From an uncultured Chromatiaceae bacterium (GTDB taxonomy: Bacteria; Pseudomonadota; Gammaproteobacteria; Chromatiales; Chromatiaceae), in assembly GCA_964523415.1 (NCBI GenBank), contig CAZFZB010000001.1, positions 16,073 through 80,072 on the forward strand: a stretch of DNA of 64,000 nucleotides. The letters run 5' to 3'. Position numbers and translations under genes: made by a program. Under the pieces are notes generated by a model that saw nothing but the letters and a program-made list of their open reading frames with translations, did not search any database and was not told the DNA's origin. Below, in pieces: positions 7,820-18,025 of the stretch (position 1 is its first letter; each line of letters opens with the position of its first letter).

Positions 7820-9646
7820 TCATTCGCGGATCCGGAAGCGGCAATCCAATGCGGGTAGGTCTACCTCACGTGGCGAGACACAGAAGGCCTTGTTGAGAGC
7901 GGGATCCCCTTGAAGGCGCATCCGGATCTCCAAGGCCAGATCAGGGATCAGGAGGACATGCTTGCGCTCTTCCCGGTCCACCACCAGGGCCTCACCCCTC
8001 CAGTCAGGATGATCGCGCAGCCAAACCAACTTCCAGTGTTGATTGGATAACCGTTCGCTTCGTCGGATTGCCGCCGCCGCCACCTCAGCCTCGCCTACCC
8101 GTGAGGCTACCGCATGGGCCTCGATCAAGGATTCTCCCCGCAGCCAGGCCCGCAGTTGCTGGTGTACCAGGAGATCGGAATAGCGCCGCAGCGGACTGGT
8201 GGCCCGGGTATAGAGGGGCAGACCCAAGCCGAAGTGAGGTGCCGGCTCATCCACTAGTCGCGAGGGCTTGAAGCGGCGGCGATAGGCGTACATGCCCGCC
8301 AGATCCAGGGGCTGTTCAACCTTGTCCGGTGCTGGTTGGGAAACATAGGGGATAGGGATACCCAGGTCACGGCAAAAGGCGGCCACGGCCTCCCCGGCCA
8401 TCAACATGGCATCCATTACCAGGGCCCGGCTGCGCAAACGGGGTAGTGGGCGAATAACCACCTCACCATCACAAACGCGCACATTGACCTCCGGCAGTTC
8501 GATACCCGCGGCATCGTTGGACTGTCGGCGATTCCGAAACCGTTCGACCAATGACACCATAGCCGCGAATGGAAACGTCTCAAGACGGTCCTCAGCCGCT
8601 TCATAACTCAGACGTTGCACCTTGACCCAGGTACGCTGGATGGTCAGGTTCCTCACCTCACCCGCCTCGTCGCATCCAAAGCCGAAGGACAGGGCGGGCG
8701 AGACCTCTTGGAGCCCCAGGCCCAAGCGTTGGGTGATTTCTAGGGGCAACATGTTGACCATGCGTTCCGGCAGGTACTGGTTCCCTCCACGGGCACGGGC
8801 CTCGCGATCCAGATCGCTATCGGGGGGGATGAGGGCGGCCACATCGGCGACATGGACCCACAGCCGTTCGCCCTCCAGGCTCAAGGCATCGTCCGGATCC
8901 TGGTTACCCTCATCGTCGATGGCAAAGGCCGACAGATGAGTGAGGTCCAGGCGCTCCTCGTCCGGAAGCTGACCCACCAGCAGGAGGGGGTCAGCTTCGG
9001 GTAACCCTTGGCGGGCAGGATAAGGGTTGTGCTCCGGAATCCAGAATCCAAACTGGATCAGGGCACGATGGGCATTCTCAGGAGTTTCCGCATGCCCCAG
9101 GGCTTTGAGGATGCGGCTGTGTTCGGAACGGCCCCAGGCCAGGCGCTCCACCTCCGCCAGCCGTCCAGCATCCTCTGGTAAGGGCTGGCGGTTGGCTAGA
9201 CGCTGCAGGAAGTCCCCCCAGTCCCGCGACGCCGCTTCCTTGGCGTTGCGCTGAACCTGATCGGCCTCCACCTGTTGGCGGGGGCGGGCCTGAATCTCCT
9301 CCGGGGTTCCAGTGAACCAGAGCCCGGCCGCTACCAATCGCCAGGTTGCCCAAGCGGAGGCTGGCGTAAAGTCACCATAGATCAGTTCCGATAACTCCCG
9401 CAACTGGGTCGTACCGCCTTCCAGAAGCTCCCAAGCCTCAAGGAAGCCGCCCTCCGGATAGGAGAGTTCCTTGAGGCTGCGCAGAGGGCCTGGGTGCAAC
9501 AACTCGATATCCTTGGGGCGTACCCGCTTGACCTCGCCCTTGTCGAGACCAATCTCGATTTTTTCGCCCAAGCTCAAGACTCGGGCTGGATGACCCTTGT
9601 AGAGCACCAGGCTGTCGACCCGAAAATTGGCTTGAAGGATGCTCAA
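7820..9646 (-). CDS. RNase II/RNase R family 3'-5' exoribonuclease (RNB domain)
   Basis: RNB motifs DPDDALS and ATSPLRRYSDLLVHQQL. The start is uncertain. TTG at 9646 (MSILQANFRVDSLVLYKGHPARV) is chosen because the longer ORF to 9832 would overlap the divergent ygfZ start. Confidence 0.8.
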   Translation of the reverse strand: MSILQANFRVDSLVLYKGHPARVLSLGEKIEIGLDKGEVKRVRPKDIELLHPGPLRSLKELSYPEGGFLEAWELLEGGTTQLRELSELIYGDFTPASAWATWRLVAAGLWFTGTPEEIQARPRQQVEADQVQRNAKEAASRDWGDFLQRLANRQPLPEDAGRLAEVERLAWGRSEHSRILKALGHAETPENAHRALIQFGFWIPEHNPYPARQGLPEADPLLLVGQLPDEERLDLTHLSAFAIDDEGNQDPDDALSLEGERLWVHVADVAALIPPDSDLDREARARGGNQYLPERMVNMLPLEITQRLGLGLQEVSPALSFGFGCDEAGEVRNLTIQRTWVKVQRLSYEAAEDRLETFPFAAMVSLVERFRNRRQSNDAAGIELPEVNVRVCDGEVVIRPLPRLRSRALVMDAMLMAGEAVAAFCRDLGIPIPYVSQPAPDKVEQPLDLAGMYAYRRRFKPSRLVDEPAPHFGLGLPLYTRATSPLRRYSDLLVHQQLRAWLRGESLIEAHAVASRVGEAEVAAAAIRRSERLSNQHWKLVWLRDHPDWRGEALVVDREERKHVLLIPDLALEIRMRLQGDPALNKAFCVSPREVDLPALDCRFRIRE

Positions 9647-9737
9647 TGAGGTTGCCGTAGTTTGGATTGGAAAATCTCGCTCCCCGCTATGATATACCGG
9701 TTGCGACCAGCCCCGGACAACCTCGAAACGGAGACCC

Positions 9738-10772
9738 ATGACCATGAACGAACTGTGGCAGGCATTCTTGCAGAAGCGCTCGGCCAATATCGATGAACTG
9801 GGGCAGGCCCGGTTTCCCGATGCACCCCTCACCGCCCCCCTTGCCCTCTGCGACTTAAGTCACCTAGGCCTGATTTCGGTTACGGGGAAGGATGCCGTCA
9901 CCTTTCTGCAAGGCCAGTTCACCAATGACATTCGCCAAGTCAGCGCCACCCATAGCCAGATGAGCAGCCATTGCACCCCCAAGGGACGCATGCTGGCCAA
10001 CTTCCGCGTCTTTGACCTCGACGGGACCTACTATCTGCAACTGCCACGATCTCAGCTTGACATGTTGCTGAAGCGACTGCGGATGTATGTCCTCCGCGCC
10101 CAGGTCACCCTGTCAGATGCCTCAGACGAATTTGTAACCCTCGGGTTGAGTGGTGAACGGGCCCCTGAATGCCTGGCACCCCATTTCCCAGCCCTAGCCG
10201 GGCAGGTCAATCAGGTGGCCCGCCAGGGTGAACAGACGCTGATCCTCCTAGCCGGTCCCACTCCGCGCTTTATGATCCTGGGGCCGTCGAGCGGCATGAC
10301 ACCCCTCTGGGATGCCTTGGCCCACAGGGCTACCATCGTCAATGCAGCGCATTGGACCCTCCTCGACATCCGCGCAGGTATTCCAAACTTGCAGCCCGGG
10401 ACCCGCGAGGCATTCGTGCCCCAGATGGCCAACCTGCAGCTCCTCGATGGCATCAGCTTCACCAAGGGTTGCTATACGGGACAGGAAATAGTGGCCCGCA
10501 TGCAGTACCTGGGGAAACTCAAACGTCGCCTGTATCTGGGCGAGGTGACCACCAAGCATGCGCCCCAACCAGGCGACGGGGTATTTTCGCCGATTAGCGA
10601 CTCCGCTCAAACCGCGGGCACGATTGTGGAGTCCTGCGCCCTTGGCGATGACCGTTACGAGGTCTCACTGGTGGTTGAGATCGCCGCCTTCGAGGATGGT
10701 CGTGTTGCCCTGGCCGGCTCCGGACCCCTTCTGAAACTTCGAGAGCCTCCCTACGGGTTTCCCTCAGGCTGA
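9738..10772 (+). CDS. ygfZ: YgfZ-type folate-binding protein (Fe-S cluster repair / tRNA modification)
   Basis: Signature KGCYTGQEIVARMQYLG. GcvT-like N-terminal region. Confidence 0.8.
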   Translation: MTMNELWQAFLQKRSANIDELGQARFPDAPLTAPLALCDLSHLGLISVTGKDAVTFLQGQFTNDIRQVSATHSQMSSHCTPKGRMLANFRVFDLDGTYYLQLPRSQLDMLLKRLRMYVLRAQVTLSDASDEFVTLGLSGERAPECLAPHFPALAGQVNQVARQGEQTLILLAGPTPRFMILGPSSGMTPLWDALAHRATIVNAAHWTLLDIRAGIPNLQPGTREAFVPQMANLQLLDGISFTKGCYTGQEIVARMQYLGKLKRRLYLGEVTTKHAPQPGDGVFSPISDSAQTAGTIVESCALGDDRYEVSLVVEIAAFEDGRVALAGSGPLLKLREPPYGFPSG

Positions 10773-10871
10773 ATAAACCGCTGGGTCAAGATGCAAAACC
10801 TATCGATCCGCCTGAGGTTTGTCGACGACCCGTCCCTCCGCCACCTGGGCGAAAGTCAGCACACTCACCCC

Positions 10872-11891
10872 CTATACGGTGAAATCCGTGTCCAGGACGA
10901 TGCGATACCTCGCCTTGCCGGAGCCCAGATGCTCCAGGGCCTCGTTCACCCTACTCATGGGGAAATGTTCTACCTGTGGCAACACCTGGTGACGGGCAGC
11001 AAAATTCAGCATGGTAGCAATGGCGCTCGGGGATCCGGTGGGAGAACCAGATAGAGTCTGCTGTCCCACGAGGAGGTGCATGACACTGACGGGTATAGCC
11101 TCCAGAACGGCTCCAACCACATGGAGGCGACCCTTGGGGGCCAGGGTTCCCATTACGGCCGGCCAGTCCAGCGGGACATTGACTGTATCAATGACGAGGT
11201 CCAGGGATCCTGCGATGTCGCGTAGGGCGAAGCTATCCAAAGTAGAAACGACCCGGTGGGCGCCAAAGGCCAAGGCATCCTGGCACTTGGACTCGCTCGA
11301 GGTGAAGGCGGTGACCTCGCAACCCCAGGCCCGCAGAAATTTCAGGGCCATGTGACCCAAGCCCCCGATGCCGATCACACCCACCCGGGCGGTCGGCAGG
11401 ATGCCATGAGTTAATAGTGGGGCGAAAACCGTGATGCCACCACATAGCAGGGGACCCGCCGCCGCCGGATCAAGGGTCTCCGGCAGGGGAATAGCCCACG
11501 CCCAATGGCTGCGTAAGCGTTCCGCAAAGCCGCCGTGACGGCCAACAATGGTTCCCTGGGCCTCACCACAAAGGTGATGGTCACCCGCCAAACAGGTATG
11601 ACAGCGCATGCAGCTGCGCGCCGTCCAGCCTATACCCACACGTTGCCCCAGGACCAATCCCGCGACCTGCTCCCCCAGGGCGACAATAGGCCCCACCACC
11701 TCGTGCCCCGGCACGAATGGATACCGTGTGATGCCCCAGTGATTGTTAAGCATCGAGAGATCGGAATGACAGATGCCGCAGTACTCGACGGCTATTTCGA
11801 CCTGATCCTGACCCAGGGGACCCGGTACGTAGGAATAGGGCTGGCAGGTGCCACCCGCCTTGGGGGCGGCCCAGGCATTGATATGGGTCAT
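10872..11891 (-). CDS. Zinc-dependent NAD(P) alcohol dehydrogenase (cinnamyl-ADH / YahK-like)
   Basis: GICHSDLS, GHEVVG, the structural zinc Cys cluster CMRCHTCLAGDHHLC, and Rossmann motif GIGGLGH. Confidence 0.85.
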   Translation of the reverse strand: MTHINAWAAPKAGGTCQPYSYVPGPLGQDQVEIAVEYCGICHSDLSMLNNHWGITRYPFVPGHEVVGPIVALGEQVAGLVLGQRVGIGWTARSCMRCHTCLAGDHHLCGEAQGTIVGRHGGFAERLRSHWAWAIPLPETLDPAAAGPLLCGGITVFAPLLTHGILPTARVGVIGIGGLGHMALKFLRAWGCEVTAFTSSESKCQDALAFGAHRVVSTLDSFALRDIAGSLDLVIDTVNVPLDWPAVMGTLAPKGRLHVVGAVLEAIPVSVMHLLVGQQTLSGSPTGSPSAIATMLNFAARHQVLPQVEHFPMSRVNEALEHLGSGKARYRIVLDTDFTV

Positions 11892-12021
11892 ATGTTTACC
11901 CTCCTGCTCGCATTCGTTGTAAAGCGAGAATTGGATGTTACACCCTCGGGTTCGGATGTTTTCGGTTAAACTTGGACCAGTTGCCTAAATGCATCCTGAC
12001 AGACGCATCCGAATAGACTCC

Positions 12022-12729
12022 ATGGTAAAAATCATCTCCTTACGCGAGGCATGGTCGGGCGAGGCGGATTGCCGAAACTGCTCCTTGCGCCACACAGTCC
12101 TATTCGCGGGCTTGACGGAAACGGATTTCGAAAAGATCCACGACCCTATTGACCAGTTTTCCCTCAAACCTGGGGCCTGCCTGTACCATGCTGGCGACCG
12201 GGGGGAATACATGTTTACGGTGCGCATTGGCGCCCTCAAGTTGGTCCAGTACCTACCGGATGGCAGCCAGCGTATCGTCCGCCTTGCCAGACCTACCGAC
12301 GTCCTCGGACTGGAAGCCATCCTCGAAAACCCATACCAGCATGAGGCCCTAGTCCTACAGCCAACGGAGGTCTGCCGCTTTCCAGCGCGTGTAGTCAAGA
12401 CCCTGGGGGCGGAAAATCCCCGCTTGCACACCGAACTCATGTCCCGCTGGCAACGCGCCCTCTCGGAGGCCGACGCCTGGCTGACGGAACTCTCGACCGG
12501 CTCTGCCCGCCAGCGCGTCGCACGCCTGCTCCTACGCCTGGTGCGCGACCGTGAGAGCAGTGAATGTGAACTCTTTAGCCGCGAAGACATGGGGGCCATG
12601 CTCGGTATCACCACCGAGACAACCAGCCGTACCATCGCCGAGTTCAAGCGCCAGGGGCTGTTGGTCGATCTCACCGCCAACCGCTTTCTTCTCGACATCC
12701 CCAACCTGCAACGGGTTGGCGGAGACTGA
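12022..12729 (+). CDS. Crp/Fnr family transcriptional regulator
   Basis: N-terminal Cys pair CRNCSLRH, a cNMP-binding-like beta-roll (FTVRIGALKLVQYLPDGSQRIV), and C-terminal HTH REDMGAMLGITTETTSRTIAEFKRQGLL. Start set at ATG 12022. Confidence 0.8.
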   Translation: MVKIISLREAWSGEADCRNCSLRHTVLFAGLTETDFEKIHDPIDQFSLKPGACLYHAGDRGEYMFTVRIGALKLVQYLPDGSQRIVRLARPTDVLGLEAILENPYQHEALVLQPTEVCRFPARVVKTLGAENPRLHTELMSRWQRALSEADAWLTELSTGSARQRVARLLLRLVRDRESSECELFSREDMGAMLGITTETTSRTIAEFKRQGLLVDLTANRFLLDIPNLQRVGGD

Positions 12730-12979
12730 AGGATCCCGACCAAGCCTCTGGTTCCTTCCAACTCGCCATCTGACCCGCCCGTCCGGGTCTCAGGTCCCAA
12801 ACATAAGCCACGCTAACCCCCCGCATCTCTCGCCGCGATCCCCTGGATGCCAGGCCCCGTTGGGATGACGCTACGACAAACGCCACCTGACCATGTCCAA
12901 TTGACCCTTTTCAATGCCCCCTTGGCCTCGTTCCCCTAGTCTATTTCCCCTACCGTGACAGCCATTCCCTCAGAATAAC

Positions 12980-13948
12980 ATGACGAATTCCCTGCCCTTG
13001 CCCCGCCTGGCTCACCTTCCCGTTGCCTTCTTTTCCATGGTCATGGGGTTGGCCGGGCTCTCCATTGCCTGGCACAAGGCTCAGCAGGTGTTGGGGATCG
13101 GCCTGCCCATCGCCGCCATTCTGCTTGCCCTCGCCACCTTCGTTTTTCTAGTGCTAGGAATAGCCTATCTCATCAAGTTGATCCGCTACCGCGAGGCGGT
13201 CATCCAGGAACTCACCCATCCCATCCAACTCAATTTTTTCCCGACCATCTCCATGAGCCTGCTTCTGCTCGCCGTCGCCACTCTAGAGCATTGGCCCGCT
13301 ATCGCGGAACCTCTTTGGGCCATCGGCGCGGGAACGCAGCTCTTACTGACCCTCTATGTACTGACTGTCTGGATTCACCACGAGCGATTCGAGGTCCACC
13401 ATGTCAACCCCGCCTGGTTCATCCCAGTCGTGGGTAATGTCCTGGTACCAATTGCCGGCGCACGCCTGGGGTTCATCGAAACCTCCTGGTTCTTCCTCGC
13501 CATTGGGTTACTCTTCTGGCTGCTGCTTTTCGCCCTCGTCCTCCAGCGCTTTATCTTTCACCCCTCCCTCCCCGACCGGCTGATGCCCACCTTTTTCATT
13601 CTCATTGCTCCACCGGCGGTAGGGTTCAGCGCCTACTTGCAACTGAGTGGAGGACTGGACGCCATGGCCCGCATCCTTTACTACGTGGGACTCTTCCTGA
13701 CCCTGTTGCTGACGGTTCAGGCGGGGCGATTCCTACGCCTGGAGTTCTACCTCTCCTGGTGGGCTTACTCCTTCCCCCTCGCCGCCATGACAATCGCAAC
13801 CTTCCTCATGTATCAGCTCACCCAAAATCATGCCTTCGCCATCCTGGGGTGGGTGCTCTTGAGTTTGGTCAGCCTGGTGGTGACCTACCTGCTCTATCGC
13901 ACGACCTGTGCCATTCGGGAGGGCCAGATCTGCGTGCCGGCACACTAA
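12980..13948 (+). CDS. TehA/SLAC1 (TDT) family anion channel/transporter
   Basis: About 10 hydrophobic helices. The N-terminal LPVAFFSMVMGLAGLSIAW is typical of TehA/Mae1-family proteins. Confidence 0.7.
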   Translation: MTNSLPLPRLAHLPVAFFSMVMGLAGLSIAWHKAQQVLGIGLPIAAILLALATFVFLVLGIAYLIKLIRYREAVIQELTHPIQLNFFPTISMSLLLLAVATLEHWPAIAEPLWAIGAGTQLLLTLYVLTVWIHHERFEVHHVNPAWFIPVVGNVLVPIAGARLGFIETSWFFLAIGLLFWLLLFALVLQRFIFHPSLPDRLMPTFFILIAPPAVGFSAYLQLSGGLDAMARILYYVGLFLTLLLTVQAGRFLRLEFYLSWWAYSFPLAAMTIATFLMYQLTQNHAFAILGWVLLSLVSLVVTYLLYRTTCAIREGQICVPAH

Positions 13949-14021
13949 TACCTCCTAGGCTCACCGGCCCTGCTGGAAGGTCCTGCAGTTTCTCTTAGTT
14001 GTCCATCAAAGGGAGTCAGCC

Positions 14022-14432
14022 GTGAAACAAACCCTGTCACAGGCGTCCTACAGCACCTTCAGCCTGGAGATCGAAGCAGGGGAGACCCGCTATCGCTCAG
14101 TGGATGAGATCGTCGCTTACTTCAGGCAGCGCATCGAGGAACACCGTACCGCCCGGTTCATCGAGGAATTTGACCACTATGCTCATACCCGCGCCCTGCC
14201 CGAGGGCCAGATCGGAAAGGATATTTTAGCAGCTAAGCTATTGATCTTTTGCTTCGGCATCAGCCTGCCAGACCCTGGGATGTTGGCCATCCGCCCACGC
14301 TCCATTGGGGTGGCCCAGACAAGCAAGGGGTTTCAAATCACCTTCCTGGAGGCCCCCATGCCCGTGGCCAATGCCGTCATGGAGGACTGGGCCAAGGGCT
14401 TGTTCGACACCGACGCTAACCTGAACCAATGA
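14022..14432 (+). CDS. Hypothetical protein (136 aa)
   Basis: GTG-start ORF 73 nt downstream of the TehA-like gene on the same strand. No motif recognised. Confidence 0.45.
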   Translation: MKQTLSQASYSTFSLEIEAGETRYRSVDEIVAYFRQRIEEHRTARFIEEFDHYAHTRALPEGQIGKDILAAKLLIFCFGISLPDPGMLAIRPRSIGVAQTSKGFQITFLEAPMPVANAVMEDWAKGLFDTDANLNQ

Positions 14433-14518
14433 GGTTCATGAATCGCGGCACACGTCTCCAACTGCCAGAATTCCCTTACCCCGGACCATCCTCCCATGAA
14501 AACCCTGAGGCAACTCCA

Positions 14519-15199
14519 TCAGCCCTGGGGGGTTTCCTGATAGATAAGGGTGATATCGACACGTCGATTCAGAAGCCGACCCTGCGGTGTTTCGTTAGAA
14601 GCTATTGGATAATCGGGGCCAAAGCCCTGAGTCCGCATCCGCGCTGGGTAGACACCCGATGCCAAAAAGTAATTCTGGACTGAGTAGGCACGCCGATCGG
14701 AAAGCTCCTGATTGTGGCCTCGGGAACCTGTGCTGTCCGTATGACCAGCTATATCCAGGCGCGTCTTGCCGTAGCGATTGACAATGGCGCCTATCTTATC
14801 CATGGTCGAGTAGAAGCTGGGTTGGATGACATCGGAGTCGACCTCAAAGGCCGTTTCACCCGTCATCCCTACCAACAACTCACCCTCAGAGAGACGTTCG
14901 ACCCGGATCTGGCCCAAGGCGATCTCTTTTGCCAGTACCCGCTCAAAATCCCGCTGCTGCTTCTCCATGTAATTGCCGATCAAGCCCCCGACCAGGGCCC
15001 CACCAATGGCACCGATGACGGCACCCTGGCCAGAATTTCTGGCAGCCAGGGCGCCTATGGCAGCACCGGAAGCGGCGCCAATACCAAGTCCCTTCTCCGT
15101 CTCGGATATCGGCCTGGGATTTCCATATTCATCGGTAGCGCAACCCGCAGTCAGTAGGGCAGCGGCGAGGATGGCGCTTAACTTCTTGGGAAATATCAT
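14519..15199 (-). CDS. OmpA-family lipoprotein with glycine-zipper segment
   Basis: Lipobox LLTAGC. Glycine zipper GIGAASGAAIGALAA...GAIGGALVGGLIG. OmpA C-terminal domain GHTDSTGSRGHNQELSDRRA...NRRVDI. Confidence 0.8.
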   Translation of the reverse strand: MIFPKKLSAILAAALLTAGCATDEYGNPRPISETEKGLGIGAASGAAIGALAARNSGQGAVIGAIGGALVGGLIGNYMEKQQRDFERVLAKEIALGQIRVERLSEGELLVGMTGETAFEVDSDVIQPSFYSTMDKIGAIVNRYGKTRLDIAGHTDSTGSRGHNQELSDRRAYSVQNYFLASGVYPARMRTQGFGPDYPIASNETPQGRLLNRRVDITLIYQETPQG

Positions 15200-15405
15200 T
15201 ATTTCGGATCTCCAGGTTCAGGGCACACCTGACAGGGTGCCGCCCAGGCGCAGATGTTAACAGACCAGCCCCCAGAGGCGCAGCCATCACCTCAGCCTTC
15301 TGGTTCCCGCCAAGGTCCTGTTACTGCGTCATATTCCGACCATTCTTCCCCATTACCACCGGCAAGGCTACAATGCCCGCCTTGTCACCCGACCTCGGAC
15401 TTTGT

Positions 15406-16401
15406 ATGGACAGATATCACGTTTATGGCATTGGCAACGCCTTGGTGGACATGGAATACGAGGTCGAATTCGAGGACCTAGAAACCTTGCGCATCGACAA
15501 GGGTGTCATGACCCTGGTTGACCAAGGGCACCAAAGCGAGATCATGGCCCATCTGGCCGAGCGGCCCCATCAAAAGGGCTCGGGAGGATCTGCTGCCAAC
15601 TCCATCATCGCGGTCAGTCAGCTTGGTGGTAAGGCCTTCTATTCCTGCAAGGTCGCCAACGACTCCCTGGGCCACTTTTACCTGGACGATCTCATTGCCA
15701 ATGGCGTCGCCACCAATCGTCATGGCGAGCGCGAGGAGGGCGACACGGGCCGTTGCGTCGTCCTGGTCACCCCGGACTCAGATCGGACCATGCTGACCTA
15801 CCTGGGTATCAGCGGAGAATTCACAAACCGGGAACTGGTCCCGGATGCCATCCTCAACGCGGACTACTACTATACGGAAGGTTATTTGGTCACCTCGGAG
15901 GGCGCCCGCTCCGCCGCCATCCGCGGCCGGGAGATTGCCCATGCCGCCGGGGTCAAGACCGCGATTTCCCTTTCCGACCCCAACATGGTCACTCACTTCA
16001 AGCCTGGTCTGATGGCCATGATCGGCCCTGGGGTGGACCTGGTTTTCGCCAATGAGGCGGAGGCCAGGGGTATGGCTGAAACAAGCGACCTCAATGCGGC
16101 TATCGCCTACTTGAAGACCATCGGCCGGGAATTCGCCCTCACCCTGGGGCCCAAGGGCGCCCTCCTTTACGATGGCCAGGAATTGATCGAGATTGCCCCC
16201 ATTCCGACCCATGCGCTCGATACGGTCGGGGCAGGCGACATGTTTGCGGGCGCCTGCCTTTACGCCCTCACTCAGGGTTGGAGCTTCCGTAGTGCCGGCA
16301 ATCTGGCCGCCACAGCTGCCGCCCGACTTGTCTCCAGTTATGGTCCCCGCCTGCCTGCTGAGGAAACCCAGGCCATATTAAAGGGGTTCTGCCGAATTTA
16401 G
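15406..16401 (+). CDS. PfkB-family kinase, adenosine kinase-like
   Basis: YGIGNALVDMEY N-terminus and PfkB signature DTVGAGDMFAGACLYAL. Start set at ATG 15406. Confidence 0.75.
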   Translation: MDRYHVYGIGNALVDMEYEVEFEDLETLRIDKGVMTLVDQGHQSEIMAHLAERPHQKGSGGSAANSIIAVSQLGGKAFYSCKVANDSLGHFYLDDLIANGVATNRHGEREEGDTGRCVVLVTPDSDRTMLTYLGISGEFTNRELVPDAILNADYYYTEGYLVTSEGARSAAIRGREIAHAAGVKTAISLSDPNMVTHFKPGLMAMIGPGVDLVFANEAEARGMAETSDLNAAIAYLKTIGREFALTLGPKGALLYDGQELIEIAPIPTHALDTVGAGDMFAGACLYALTQGWSFRSAGNLAATAAARLVSSYGPRLPAEETQAILKGFCRI

Positions 16402-16619
16402 ATTTGACTGGGCCACCTTACCAAGGTTGTAAGATCCGAACCCCCGGGCATGGCCCGCCTGTCCATGTCCCGACCAGTGAGTATACTGGCGCCAAGCCCC
16501 CACTTATCCTAGGATCACGTTTCATCGGATGGATTCCACCCCACCAGCACCCCGAACCTACAGGCCATGGTCCCGCGTGGCCCCTTCCTCCATATCCGGC
16601 CTCGACGAATCTGCGATCC

Positions 16620-17117
16620 ATGCCCTCAATACTCGTACCTCAGGACCCGACCCGCGCTGGCTGGCGGGAATGGTTGGCGCTGCCGGACTTAGGAATTCCC
16701 GCCATCAAGGCCAAGCTGGACACGGGTGCCCGAACCTCTGCGCTCCACGCCTTCTTTACCGAGTCTTACCGGGAAAGGGGTTGCAGCCTGATCCGCTTCG
16801 GGGTGCGACCCCTGCAGCGACGTCAGAAACTCACAAAGATCTGCACCGCCCCGATCCTGGATCAGCGTTTGGTGAGCGATTCCGGTGGCCACCGGGAGAT
16901 GCGTTGGGTCATCGCCACGACCGCTCGACTCGGTGAAGACGAATGGACGCTGGAACTCACCCTCACGGATCGAGATTCCATGCTCTTTCGTATGCTGTTG
17001 GGACGTAGCGCCATGAGTGGACGATTGGTTGTGGACCCTCAGGCCTCCTATCTGGTAGGTGCCAAGCCAAATCTGAAACGCCTTTATCAGCCCTCGGCCA
17101 TAGGTAACTCTACCTAG
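16620..17117 (+). CDS. Retropepsin-like aspartic protease (RimB / ATP-dependent zinc protease, DUF785 type)
   Basis: [15 protein letters not shown] (D-T-G-A). It sits 2 nt upstream of rimK. Start set at internal ATG 16620, because the upstream part of the ORF is Pro/Gly-rich and looks non-coding. Confidence 0.75.
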   Translation: MPSILVPQDPTRAGWREWLALPDLGIPAIKAKLDTGARTSALHAFFTESYRERGCSLIRFGVRPLQRRQKLTKICTAPILDQRLVSDSGGHREMRWVIATTARLGEDEWTLELTLTDRDSMLFRMLLGRSAMSGRLVVDPQASYLVGAKPNLKRLYQPSAIGNST

Positions 17118-17119
17118 AG

Positions 17120-18025
17120 ATGAAAATCGCCATCCTTTCCCGCAATCCCCGGCTCTACTCGACCCAACGGCTGGTAGAGGCCGCCACCCAGCGCGGCCAC
17201 GAGGCCCGCGTCATCGATGTGCTGCGCTGCTATATGAACATCGCCTCCCACCGGCCCACCATTCACTACAAGGGTGAGGAATTGTGCCGTTATGATGCCG
17301 TCATACCGCGTATCGGCGCATCGGTGACCTTTTATGGCACTGCCGTGCTGCGCCAGTTCGAGATGCTGGATACCTATCCACTCAACGAATCCGTCGCCAT
17401 CACCCGCGCCCGAGACAAGTTGCGCTCCCTACAACTCCTGGCACGCAAGGGGATAGGTCTGCCGGTGACTGGCTTTGCCCACGCCCCGGACGACATCCAG
17501 GACCTGATCAAGATGGTGGGCGGAGCCCCGCTCGTTATCAAACTCCTGGAGGGTACCCAAGGCATCGGAGTCGTCCTGACGGAGACACAGCAAGCGGCGG
17601 AGAGCGTCATCGAGGCCTTCATGGGGCTCAAGGCCAACATCCTGGCCCAGGAATTCATCCGCGAGGCTGGGGGCGCCGATATTCGCTGCTTTGTTATCGG
17701 CGACAAGGTAGTGGCGGCCATGAAGCGCCAGGCCAAGTCGGGCGAGTTTCGCTCCAACCTTCACCGCGGGGGAACCGCCAGCCTGATCCGTATCACCCCG
17801 GAGGAGCGCTCCACGGCGGTTCGCGCTGCCCGCATCCTGGGGCTGAATGTGGCTGGCGTGGATATACTGCGCGCCAACCATGGCCCTGTGGTCATGGAGG
17901 TCAATTCCTCTCCTGGGCTGGAGGGCATCGAGGGGGCGACCGGCAAGGACATCGCTGGTACCATCATCGCCTTCATCGAACGCAACGCCTCACTCGGAAG
18001 GACCAGGACCCGGGGACAGGGGTGA
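17120..18025 (+). CDS. rimK: RimK, ATP-grasp alpha-L-glutamate ligase (ribosomal protein S6 modification)
   Basis: [19 protein letters not shown]-terminus and ATP-grasp core colinear with E. coli RimK. Confidence 0.9.
   Translation: MKIAILSRNPRLYSTQRLVEAATQRGHEARVIDVLRCYMNIASHRPTIHYKGEELCRYDAVIPRIGASVTFYGTAVLRQFEMLDTYPLNESVAITRARDKLRSLQLLARKGIGLPVTGFAHAPDDIQDLIKMVGGAPLVIKLLEGTQGIGVVLTETQQAAESVIEAFMGLKANILAQEFIREAGGADIRCFVIGDKVVAAMKRQAKSGEFRSNLHRGGTASLIRITPEERSTAVRAARILGLNVAGVDILRANHGPVVMEVNSSPGLEGIEGATGKDIAGTIIAFIERNASLGRTRTRGQG

Noticed and set aside
11985-12800. 271-aa ORF on the minus strand
   Set aside because: It is antisense to the Crp/Fnr regulator gene. It is Arg/Ser-rich and low in complexity, with no motifs.
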